Part shown: positions 9,282 to 17,554 of the stretch, one piece after another
Layout of the letters: each line of letters begins with the position of its first letter
Numbering within the stretch: the stretch's first letter is position 1
IMG/VR virus record: IMGVR_UViG_3300037502_004185
Span: 1-64,000 of that record
Origin: a virus
DNA: 64,000 nucleotides
Direction: 5' to 3' (one strand)
Made by a program: the position numbers and the translations under genes
The notes under the pieces: model-generated
Seen by the model: only the letters and a program-made list of their open reading frames with translations
The model's database searches: none
Told to the model about the DNA's origin: nothing

Positions 9282-9620
9282 CTATGCCCTCATCCTCTCG
9301 AACTCGATCAATCTTCGAATGGTGGCCATTTCTTCTAGGCATACCGCTTCTTTGTGCATGACCTTGCTAATATCGCGCTTCTCGTACTTGGCTTGTTCTA
9401 TTTTCAGTTCAGCCAGCTTCTTATTGGATTGGCGCACATAGTTGGAAAAGGCGCGCGTTCCGGCCTTAAGCGTTGGTAACTTCTCTTGGATTTCCTTTCG
9501 CAGTTCGAAGAACGCTAACAAAGGCATTTCTTGTTGTGCCTTATATCCTGCTGCTTTCTTCTCAAGTCGTTTGTATTCAGCCTCAAGCGCATCGATGACA
9601 AGTTGCGTTCTACTTCTCAT
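9282..9620 (-). CDS. Hypothetical helical protein
   Basis: ORF in operon. Confidence 0.55.
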   Translation of the reverse strand: MRSRTQLVIDALEAEYKRLEKKAAGYKAQQEMPLLAFFELRKEIQEKLPTLKAGTRAFSNYVRQSNKKLAELKIEQAKYEKRDISKVMHKEAVCLEEMATIRRLIEFERMRA

Positions 9621-9846
9621 AGCTCTTTTGTGCCTCTTTATGGCGCGCTGGCTTCCAAATCCAGCGTTTTGCGCCCAAACCAGTACCAAACAATGACCCT
9701 TGGACATAAACGCCTCTACGGCCAATATTGAGCGTTAACCAGCGTCCACCAATCGAGACGCTAGTAAAGCCAGTTTTGCCAAAGTTAACCCTTATCAGGC
9801 CAAATATTCGGAATGATTTGCGGAAAGTAATGTTCGTTTTTCGCAT
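9610..9846 (-). CDS. DUF4236-like small basic protein
   Basis: FRKSFRI..IRVNFGKTG..S.SIG...GTGL. Confidence 0.7.
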   Translation of the reverse strand: MRKTNITFRKSFRIFGLIRVNFGKTGFTSVSIGGRWLTLNIGRRGVYVQGSLFGTGLGAKRWIWKPARHKEAQKSYEK

Positions 9847-10295
9847 GGTATGTGCTCAAAGTGGTTTGCATTCTTGGTGCGAGTCGCCCCTGTTACTATC
9901 AGGGCGTTATCATCATTGGTGATTGTTGCCATTAGCACCTTTTTGGCCGTATCGGTTAAGTAAGATTCGTTAACGATGATCTTAAAGTTATGTAGACACC
10001 AACCCGCCAGCGCTTCCTCTCGACCACTGCGGTAGTGTTGAAACATGATCGATGGTCGGCCACATGTATCGGCGTTCTTAATGTAAACCTCGCCACTGTG
10101 TTCAACGATTTTCTCTACCATTAGGCAATCTTCAATCAGGGATAGATATTCGTGCTTATCCTGGACTGAGCATACAAACATAACGCGACGTTTGGGATTG
10201 TGCTTAATACAGGCCATCGCAAAACGCATGGCATCAATCTTTGAGTTACTTGCTACCGTGGCAAAGTAGTTCTCTGTATTGGTGATTAGGTTCAT
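9795..10295 (-). CDS. Degenerate paralogue of the PacB terminase ATPase domain
   Basis: RSGREEALAG...IIVNES..D.A..VL...T..DN vs PacB RIGNEEALAG...VIVDEAS..D.A..VL...TEKDN. Confidence 0.8.
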   Translation of the reverse strand: MNLITNTENYFATVASNSKIDAMRFAMACIKHNPKRRVMFVCSVQDKHEYLSLIEDCLMVEKIVEHSGEVYIKNADTCGRPSIMFQHYRSGREEALAGWCLHNFKIIVNESYLTDTAKKVLMATITNDDNALIVTGATRTKNANHFEHIPCEKRTLLSANHSEYLA

Positions 10296-10456
10296 CAAGA
10301 CACCGCCTTAAATATAAAATCCGACATGAGGACGACCAGAACAAGGCCGATCACTATGCGCGGGAACTCGGGCAACTTGATCACATCGAACACGCATTCC
10401 AGCACAAAGAAAATCGCAACAGCCAACCAGAACGCTGGCCAGTTAATCATCTTCAT
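10295..10456 (-). CDS. Small two-TM membrane protein (53 aa, not in ORF track)
   Basis: MKMINWPAFWLAVAIFFVLECVF...IVIGLVLVVLMSDFIFKAVS; overlaps both neighbours. Confidence 0.65.
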   Translation of the reverse strand: MKMINWPAFWLAVAIFFVLECVFDVIKLPEFPRIVIGLVLVVLMSDFIFKAVS

Positions 10457-10949
10457 TACAATCATCATCCGATAAAGGGATTAGTCGTTTTAAACCCGCG
10501 AATGCAGTGGAAAGAGCGATCGCATCCAATGATCGAGGTTTATGGATAGTCCATTGGCCTTTGCCGTTAATAGCCACCAGCTCGCGCTTAATATCATGGC
10601 CAGTATCACTCGCCACCAGCTCTGCTAACTCAAATAAGAGCTTCACACGCGCACTAGCAAAGCGGCTTGTTTCGCCTTGTGGGATGAATACGTTTTGTGT
10701 CTTGGTCTTGCAGCGTAGGAACTCGTAAATGAAGCAGCCGCAACCGTGACTGGACACAACTGCATGATCATCACCAATAAGCGCTAACAGGTTCGCTTTC
10801 CAGTCGTCGTTAAATACCTTGGAAGCGTCCATAAAACGGAAGCCATCCACAATAGGGCGCTCTTGTTCGTTCTTGTGGCACTTGATTTCACATAGGTAAG
10901 GCTGGTTCTTGTGAAAACCAACCGATACAACTCGCATTAGCTTGCTCAT
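10443..10949 (-). CDS. Degenerate paralogue of the PacB terminase RNase H-like nuclease domain
   Basis: VVSVG/LVDVG, VVSSHGCG/AVDSDGVG, SRFASAR/QRFFNQR, AINGKGQW/AINESGQW. Confidence 0.75.
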   Translation of the reverse strand: MSKLMRVVSVGFHKNQPYLCEIKCHKNEQERPIVDGFRFMDASKVFNDDWKANLLALIGDDHAVVSSHGCGCFIYEFLRCKTKTQNVFIPQGETSRFASARVKLLFELAELVASDTGHDIKRELVAINGKGQWTIHKPRSLDAIALSTAFAGLKRLIPLSDDDCNEDD

Positions 10950-11344
10950 CTGGTTAACTCTCTTAGTGTTGTCATTGCAGCTTCGACTTCTTCTTCGTTG
11001 GTGGCATTCACTAGGTCATAAGTTGCTTTTTTGATGCGAATAAGCGTGGCTGTTGGTGTTTGGCCGTTCTCTTTCTGGATAACGATCGAGAATTGCTGAT
11101 TGGGCTCGCTATCCTCGTAATCAAGGAACTGGTAGTTGTTCGCTTTTTTGTGCTTGAAGTAGCCCACGAACACTGCTGCAAAGTTATGAAGCATTGAACG
11201 CTTTAGCTCATCATCAATGTTTTCATCCGTCATGATTTGACAGTATTTCGCAGCCGTACCAGCGTTTAGTTGATGCACTAGGGCGTTAAGTCGTTTGATT
11301 TCGTTTTGTTGTCTTTTAATGGTCGAGAATGGCCAAATACACAT
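10946..11344 (-). CDS. Hypothetical protein
   Basis: ORF with ATGA overlap to the next gene. Confidence 0.6.
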   Translation of the reverse strand: MCIWPFSTIKRQQNEIKRLNALVHQLNAGTAAKYCQIMTDENIDDELKRSMLHNFAAVFVGYFKHKKANNYQFLDYEDSEPNQQFSIVIQKENGQTPTATLIRIKKATYDLVNATNEEEVEAAMTTLRELTR

Positions 11345-11416
11345 AATTTCGGTTCTCTCTGGATCGGGCAAGGCAACGCATCAACGCCACCTTGCGCCAT
11401 AGGGTTAAATCGTTGG

Positions 11417-11650
11417 TTATTTGTTTAACTGACGCTCTGTGTTGCGGCGTAGTACCCAATATTGGGAGTCTGAGGTAGTCATCGCCCAGTCGTGGTAATG
11501 GGCGTTAATGCGTTCGACTCGGCGGCGCTCTTTGATACGGCGCACTTTCTCACTTAAGGCAAGATAGAGCATCCAAGCGGATAGAATGAATATGGTGATT
11601 GCGCTAATCCAAAACGCGATAGATATGAATATGCTAAATGAAAAACTCAT
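11417..11650 (-). CDS. Small membrane-anchored protein
   Basis: N-terminal TM helix, basic tail. Confidence 0.55.
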   Translation of the reverse strand: MSFSFSIFISIAFWISAITIFILSAWMLYLALSEKVRRIKERRRVERINAHYHDWAMTTSDSQYWVLRRNTERQLNK

Positions 11651-11717
11651 GTTTCTTTTACTGTGTGCTGGTGGTTTTGTATTGAGATACCGGCTTTTGC
11701 TGTAACCGGTATTTGGT

Positions 11718-11975
11718 TTACTGAAAGTGACGCACTTCGAACCGTCTAACCTTGGATTCCTCAAGGATTGCTGCTAGTCGGTCTAAGCGCCATTCCCTTG
11801 GCTTATCGTCGCGCGTGTAGCGCACTGAGTAGGCTTTTAGGTCATCGGTAGTGCTATCGATGGCCAACAGGGAAAAACCGCCGCTCGCTTGCTGCTGAGC
11901 GACGACACTGAGCTGGTGGCCATGTTCCACCAGCCGTTTGAACTCACATAATTTAATCGGTGTAATCTTTGCCAT
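11718..11975 (-). CDS. Small plasmid-type protein (ParC/'RepB'-annotated family-like)
   Basis: L..LV..G...GG...R..KPR.W.LD....L.....F.V pattern. Confidence 0.4.
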   Translation of the reverse strand: MAKITPIKLCEFKRLVEHGHQLSVVAQQQASGGFSLLAIDSTTDDLKAYSVRYTRDDKPREWRLDRLAAILEESKVRRFEVRHFQ

Positions 11976-12031
11976 GATGCAAACTCGTCGTTTTTGTATG
12001 CTTAAAACGTCACGTTTTACATTATGAGCAG

Positions 12032-12073
12032 ATTATAACCATAGATTTAAGAGTTACAAGGTGTGTTCGGAAT
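12032..12073 (-). promoter_or_regulatory. Promoter of the 11975-8558 operon with adjacent operator
   Basis: TTGTAA-16-TATAAT on the minus strand; GTGTTCGGAAT at 12063. Confidence 0.65.
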
Positions 12074-12093
12074 TAGCGTGTGAGGCTTAAACA

Positions 12094-12615
12094 CTACTTA
12101 AGCTGTACACTGCTGACCTTTTCAATGTGTAACAATACGTCCATAACATCGCTGTGAGCATTGAGTAACTTTCTCTTAGCAAGAGTCCATGCCGCCAATT
12201 TCCCATGAGCGCTCACACTTACCTTAATGAAATGCTCGTGCTTTTGGTTGCTCTCATCGTACTTGGTGTACCGTGCTACATAGTATTGCTTGCCATCGAT
12301 GGTAGTTAGCCGTGGGTCTAGGCTTTTTGGCAAACGCGCCAGTAAGTTGAATTGCTTGCGAACGCGATCCCAACAACGTCCCCATAGTTCCTTTCCGATT
12401 TGGTTACGTATTTTGGTTGCCTTGCGTAGCCCTTTCTTTTCACCAATGCGAACAAACCCGACAGAACGACGTATATAACCACCCTCCGGCTTAGGCACAC
12501 TAACTGCGTAACAGGTCTTTTTCTTGGTGATGAATCGATAGCCTGTGTTAGATACGAAATAAGCATAAGCGTTACGACACTCTGACACTCTTTTACCCTC
12601 AAAAAAACAAAACAT
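12094..12615 (-). CDS. AP2-like DNA-binding protein
   Basis: SNTGYRFI...G.KKGLR.A...RN; second unit ..HGK..AW..AK. Confidence 0.55.
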   Translation of the reverse strand: MFCFFEGKRVSECRNAYAYFVSNTGYRFITKKKTCYAVSVPKPEGGYIRRSVGFVRIGEKKGLRKATKIRNQIGKELWGRCWDRVRKQFNLLARLPKSLDPRLTTIDGKQYYVARYTKYDESNQKHEHFIKVSVSAHGKLAAWTLAKRKLLNAHSDVMDVLLHIEKVSSVQLK

Positions 12616-12709
12616 ACGATTCCTTTCGGGTGGATTTAACTGGCCGTTGCTGCCCTTTCTTGGCCAAATGAATAACGTTACAGCGTAACTATATTATTTA
12701 TATTCCTAA

Positions 12710-12910
12710 TTAATGCGACAGATTGATAGTCTTTAGGTCATCATAGCTGCACCCAAGCACCAACTTGATGGCCTTTTTACTGAATCCTTTTTTCATTAAT
12801 TCCCTTACCTTTGGCTTAAGCTCATTCGGAATTGGCTTTCGGGAAAGTTCCTGTTGTCGAAGCTTAAATTCGTTCACTCGCAAGTTCGCGTCCATTAGAG
12901 CTTTACACAT
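12710..12910 (-). CDS. Small HTH protein
   Basis: VRELMKKGFSKKAIKLVLGCS. Confidence 0.5.
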   Translation of the reverse strand: MCKALMDANLRVNEFKLRQQELSRKPIPNELKPKVRELMKKGFSKKAIKLVLGCSYDDLKTINLSH

Positions 12911-12925
12911 AATTATCCCCTCCCG

Positions 12926-13555
12926 TTATTGCGCCTTTGGCTTTAATGAAATGCCTGTCGTGTACTCTTTCGCTTCGTCGTGGAACGTTCTTAAGTAGTG
13001 GTCAGTCACAGCAACGCTGGAGTGGCCAAGCGCGTCTTTGATCACTTTCAAAGAGGCTTTCTTTTCAAGCAATAGCATGGCGTACATTTTTCGCATCGAG
13101 TGTGTTGATAGCTGGTATGGCAATCTCAACTCCATTGCGATGCGCTTATATGCTCGGTTGATGTACTGGATGCTGATCGCATTACCCTTTTTAGCCAAGT
13201 GGTGATTGGATTGAAACATCAACTCATTATGGCCATTGTGTAAGTAGATACGTTTAATCAGTTTTTCCAGTTCGGCATTAACGTGGATGGTGATTCGAGC
13301 GGCCTCTTTCGCGGCTTTTTCGCTCTTACCTCGGGTCATACGGCCTTTAAAGCCTTTTGACTGAACAATGCTAAATGACGACCTAATCACGCCATTTATC
13401 ATCACATCGCTGAATTTTAGCTTCGAAATGTCGCAATAACGTAAACCTGTACGCACCTCCATTTCAATCATCATCGAGATAAGTGGATTAATGTCATCCA
13501 TTAAACGGATGATTTGTTCCAACTCGTCTAAGTCACGCGCAGGGAAAGCAGCCAT
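12926..13555 (-). CDS. Tyrosine recombinase, catalytic domain only (FimB/FimE-sized)
   Basis: TGLR, STHSMRK (HxxR), LGHSS, TDHY; 209 aa. Confidence 0.9.
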   Translation of the reverse strand: MAAFPARDLDELEQIIRLMDDINPLISMMIEMEVRTGLRYCDISKLKFSDVMINGVIRSSFSIVQSKGFKGRMTRGKSEKAAKEAARITIHVNAELEKLIKRIYLHNGHNELMFQSNHHLAKKGNAISIQYINRAYKRIAMELRLPYQLSTHSMRKMYAMLLLEKKASLKVIKDALGHSSVAVTDHYLRTFHDEAKEYTTGISLKPKAQ

Positions 13556-14013
13556 TAGATTAACTCCACTTCATTAGCATTAACCGTTTTAAACTCGCCA
13601 CCAACGAAAACTTGGATTTGCAGGGTTCGAGATAGCAAGCCAAAGCCCAAGAACAAGCCGAGCTCGCCATCGATGCGAACGAAGTCGTGGTGAACAGGCA
13701 AGCGGCCAAAGTGGTTGATCATCTTGGTTTGCGCTTGGACGCTTTGAGGCTCTTTAATTGTGTTGATGGCAAAGCGAAGCTGAGAGCGAATCTTTAGCGC
13801 ATTATTACCTTTTCGAGCCTTGCTGATCGTGCCTTGCACACAAGGGAAGCCATAGAAATTGCGAATGACGGCGGCAGCTTGTTCTTGGCCGCCACATTCA
13901 TTAATTAGCTCATCCAAAGAGATAAGAATAAGGTCGTGGTGACGCTCTTGGATGGCACTGCGTTTGCTCGCCCAATCATCCGAAAGCGACAACAATTCAT
14001 TTTTTTTAAACAT
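13555..14013 (-). CDS. Cro/YdaS-like HTH protein
   Basis: LDELINECGGQEQAA...QGTISKAR; similar to the 47964-48203 product. Confidence 0.5.
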   Translation of the reverse strand: MFKKNELLSLSDDWASKRSAIQERHHDLILISLDELINECGGQEQAAAVIRNFYGFPCVQGTISKARKGNNALKIRSQLRFAINTIKEPQSVQAQTKMINHFGRLPVHHDFVRIDGELGLFLGFGLLSRTLQIQVFVGGEFKTVNANEVELI

Positions 14014-14346
14014 TTTTGCTGATTCCTTTTTGGCAATATGCCAGTGTTTGCTCGGAATACAGTATATTCCAACGGAATATATTTTGCAACCCTGTTCGGA
14101 ATGATTGCACTTTAATAACAAAGAGTTCCAAAAGTGGTCGATTAATCAGCTTTTGATAAATAGCGCAATAGCGTTTAAAAAACCACCAGCAAAAAGTCTC
14201 TTACTTTCAATATTCCATAGGAATATATAAGGTTTTACACACAAAATGCCAGGATTAGAAAGCAACCTAGAAATATTGATAAGTTGTTGTTTTTATTGGC
14301 TTTTATGTCTTTTGATAGCAATGACCAGTGCCAGAACATTAAATAA

Positions 14347-14380
14347 GTTAGTTTCAGTTCTAGGTAGAAATGAAACTAAA
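14347..14380. repeat. 34-bp palindromic site B (inverted copy of 3087-3120)
   Basis: GTTAGTTTCAGTTCT-aggt-AGAAATGAAACTAAA. Confidence 0.85.
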
Positions 14381-14686
14381 AGGGTGTTTTTAAAAACAAA
14401 CCACGACAATTACCCGTCTGTGGCAATACAATGACGGGGTTACACCGTCACGCGACACGAACAGATATGCATACCCGCAATGATTATGCGGTATAGGTCA
14501 CGTTATAAAAACCTAAACGCCAGTAACGATATGTTTGCATTATTTTGCATATCTAGACAATCAAAGATCACAGTCTCATAATACTCCGCGAACATCAGCT
14601 CCGTTGGCGAGAATCCCCTAAACTCTTTCCAAATCAGAGCTATATACGTATTGGCTATCCAGTCAATTGGCTTAAGAGATATAGAT

Positions 14687-14893
14687 ATGCATTGCACGTT
14701 AAATCAATTAATCCCACTCGAAATACTAGATCAATGTGACCTGTCCCTAGATGTATTTAGCAGCTCGTTCCTCGATGACGCGACCGACATCTGCATGATG
14801 CATCTTATCCAATCGCATCCGAACGCACTATGCAATTCATCCATTGAACGTGATGACGTATTAAACTTCGTTCGAGATCACTTCTCCGCTTAA
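14687..14893 (+). CDS. coi: Coi-like C1 inactivator (positional call)
   Basis: 68-aa acidic protein directly upstream of the c1-like gene, as in P1. Confidence 0.4.
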   Translation: MHCTLNQLIPLEILDQCDLSLDVFSSSFLDDATDICMMHLIQSHPNALCNSSIERDDVLNFVRDHFSA

Positions 14894-15058
14894 AAAGCAA
14901 CACTTATAACGTTCTTCTGTTCGTTTTTTATTTAATTCCGAACACAAAAACGGTATGCTACGCATCAAGGATAAAGGTAGGGTTTTTCGTTACTCGCATA
15001 CGCTCAGGGATGGAGTGTAACCTTTATCCTCCAATGTAATTTGGAGCAACCGTTCACC

Positions 15059-15946
15059 ATGATTAATAAAATAAATACTGAAATTAAAGACTTAAAACCT
15101 ATTGATATAGAGACACTTAATCAACTACTTGCAAACAAACAAACGGCAGACGCGCGACTAAAACGTGCCTTGAAGCACAGAGCGACTTTTTCCGAACAAA
15201 TAGATGGCAAGGAAGATAGTGGACTATTCAATGACCGTATCGTAGCTGTAGTAAAAAGAGGTAATCCGACTACCCGTTTACTTGAGTATATTGAGGCAGC
15301 TAAAACGGCCAATAAAGAGCTTTTAGAGCGTGCCCCTCAATACTTCAACAGCTCATCTAACTCATTTAAAGAGACGACCGTAATTGAGAACGTCCGTCGC
15401 GTTAACATCACAATTAATAAAGCAGCTAGCAGCCAGAAAGTAACTGGCGCACGTCTAGCCAAAAGACTTGAAGCATACCTACGCGACCTTGACCGTAAAC
15501 TCTCCTACGATCTTCCAGAAGATGAGAAAGAACAGCTCATAGCTAACAAAAACACTGCATTGAATGAATTGAAATACTTCACAGACAATGCAGACGTTGA
15601 GTTTAGAAAGCGCGGTCAAGAACACAATGATATTGTAGCTATCATTCATACCTATGATGGCAACAATGGTGGCATTTCGCGTGTAGCTAAAAAGGTTCAC
15701 GTTAACGCTGGTGGCCTTGTTCTGATTAGGCATCGTTCTTGTAAAGATCACGATGTGTTAGTCACAAACAATACCACTGAGGGACGTTCGATATATGATG
15801 AAGCTAATGCTTTTAAATCCGTACTGTACCCTAACGCTAACATGTATATTGAAAGCGAAGTCGATGCTATTCGTGAAGCTAGAAAAGAGCTTAGAAACAA
15901 GAACGAAAACAAAGCACGTTCGCAGTTCGATGGATATGTAAACTAA
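15059..15946 (+). CDS. c1: P1 C1-like primary repressor
   Basis: ENVRRVNITINKAASSQKVTGARL, EFRKR and SIYD...YPNANMY resemble P1 C1 as recalled; convergent on pacB; operator at 14935. Confidence 0.7.
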   Translation: MINKINTEIKDLKPIDIETLNQLLANKQTADARLKRALKHRATFSEQIDGKEDSGLFNDRIVAVVKRGNPTTRLLEYIEAAKTANKELLERAPQYFNSSSNSFKETTVIENVRRVNITINKAASSQKVTGARLAKRLEAYLRDLDRKLSYDLPEDEKEQLIANKNTALNELKYFTDNADVEFRKRGQEHNDIVAIIHTYDGNNGGISRVAKKVHVNAGGLVLIRHRSCKDHDVLVTNNTTEGRSIYDEANAFKSVLYPNANMYIESEVDAIREARKELRNKNENKARSQFDGYVN

Positions 15947-16054
15947 GGTTTCTAGCTAAATTATTGTTGTTCCGCTTTGATTGGTGATTTGGTGGCGATA
16001 TTTAACGGTATCGCCACCTTTTCATATTACTTTTATATGTTGGCACCAACGGAA

Positions 16055-17554
16055 TTAAGCATCATCCGATTCAAGCGCTTCCAGTACCCATTGTTCTACT
16101 GAATTGCGAGACTCTAGCATGCTCTCTGTCACTTCCATTTCGTGCGGCACATAATCTACCAATTGAGAAAAGCAGTATGTATCCCAACGGTCAGGTGATG
16201 GGATGTTCATTTTCTCTTTCATCATTGGCTTTGGCATCATTACCCATTGGCCTGACTCGTTGATTGCACAGGGTATTTTACTGCCTTGCTCCGCCGTCTT
16301 GACGTTCTTATCTATCTGCATCCGGCCTTGGTTGATAGAATCCCGAGCCATAACATTGGCATAGGCACGTTGGTTAAAGAAACGCTGCTTATCGCTGGTG
16401 GAGTGCATCTTTTTACCCCAACGAATGCGCTGTACGCGCCGTCCGTAACGTTCTAAGCAAGTCGCCGTGTCATAACCAACACCGTCACTATCCACCGCTA
16501 TCGTGATGTTTGGGTACAAGTCCTCACTACACTCTGCATGGATAATGTCAGCAAACCGAACCGGATCGACCGTGCTTGGCTGCTCAAGCAATTTCACGCT
16601 CTTAACGATGCGCTCCATCCGTTGACCCCAAACCTTGCAGATATTGAGTATCGATCTATCTCGACCATTACCCACGTCCACCAGCGCAGCCCACCCCCAA
16701 CCATCGGGCATGTCGAGGTTGAGCCTTGCGCTTTTGTCCAGTGCATCCCGACTAAGCAGCATGCCAGCAATGGAGCTTGGGAACTCCCCACGTACTTTAA
16801 TCAGGTATTCCGGTGCCTCTCGACCGCCATACTCCAATCGCTTATCGAGGATAAACTCCACGGTTACGAACGGCGATTCCTCGGAGTTAAGCCGGATGGC
16901 TCGCCATCGACCGCTAGGCTCGGCTAATCGGTGATGCGTATCGTAGAAATAGCCGCTAGGGCGCGTTGGCTGGCTCAACAACAGCATTCGGTTGTCTTTC
17001 TCGGTCAATGCACCCGCTAACACACCAAAAGCCTTGTCAGAGACGCCTGACGCCTCATCGACAATAACAAACAAGTGTTTAGCGTGTTCACCCGCCAGCG
17101 CTTCCTCGTTACCAATACGGCACGATTTAGCACTGGTTTGCCAGATACCTTTTGCTGAGTTTTCAAAAAAGGCTGTCTCGGTAATGGTGAAGTATTGCTG
17201 TAACCAGCCGTGCTTTTGTAACAGCGTGTTCCAGTTGGACTTTAGATACTTCCATACACCGATTTGTACCTGTCTCGCGTTGTTCGCCACCAGCACAACA
17301 CGCGCATTGGGGAAGCAGAGCATGAAAGCAATGATCATGATACTGGTCATGTCTGACTTACCTGTACCGTGGCCAGAGCTGACGGTCGTTCGCGCACCAA
17401 TACGCTGAGCACTATCAATGATTTTGCGCTGCTGCCAGCTCGGCTTCTTACCGACTAGCTCAACAGCGAGGCGTTTCCAGTCATAGCGATAACGCTTAAC
17501 TAGGGCAGGGTAACGGGGATCTTGTGTTACGCTCTTTATTCGTCTAGCCACCAA
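16055..17554 (-). CDS. pacB: Terminase large subunit
   Basis: SGHGTGKS, VIVDEA, C-terminal nuclease DVG...DSDGVG...SPDRWD. Confidence 0.95.
   Translation of the reverse strand: MVARRIKSVTQDPRYPALVKRYRYDWKRLAVELVGKKPSWQQRKIIDSAQRIGARTTVSSGHGTGKSDMTSIMIIAFMLCFPNARVVLVANNARQVQIGVWKYLKSNWNTLLQKHGWLQQYFTITETAFFENSAKGIWQTSAKSCRIGNEEALAGEHAKHLFVIVDEASGVSDKAFGVLAGALTEKDNRMLLLSQPTRPSGYFYDTHHRLAEPSGRWRAIRLNSEESPFVTVEFILDKRLEYGGREAPEYLIKVRGEFPSSIAGMLLSRDALDKSARLNLDMPDGWGWAALVDVGNGRDRSILNICKVWGQRMERIVKSVKLLEQPSTVDPVRFADIIHAECSEDLYPNITIAVDSDGVGYDTATCLERYGRRVQRIRWGKKMHSTSDKQRFFNQRAYANVMARDSINQGRMQIDKNVKTAEQGSKIPCAINESGQWVMMPKPMMKEKMNIPSPDRWDTYCFSQLVDYVPHEMEVTESMLESRNSVEQWVLEALESDDA

Noticed and set aside
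12926-13555. Calling the recombinase cre, or a chromosomal integrase
   Set aside because: Much shorter than Cre, lacks N-terminal domains, and no att junction or host genes are visible.
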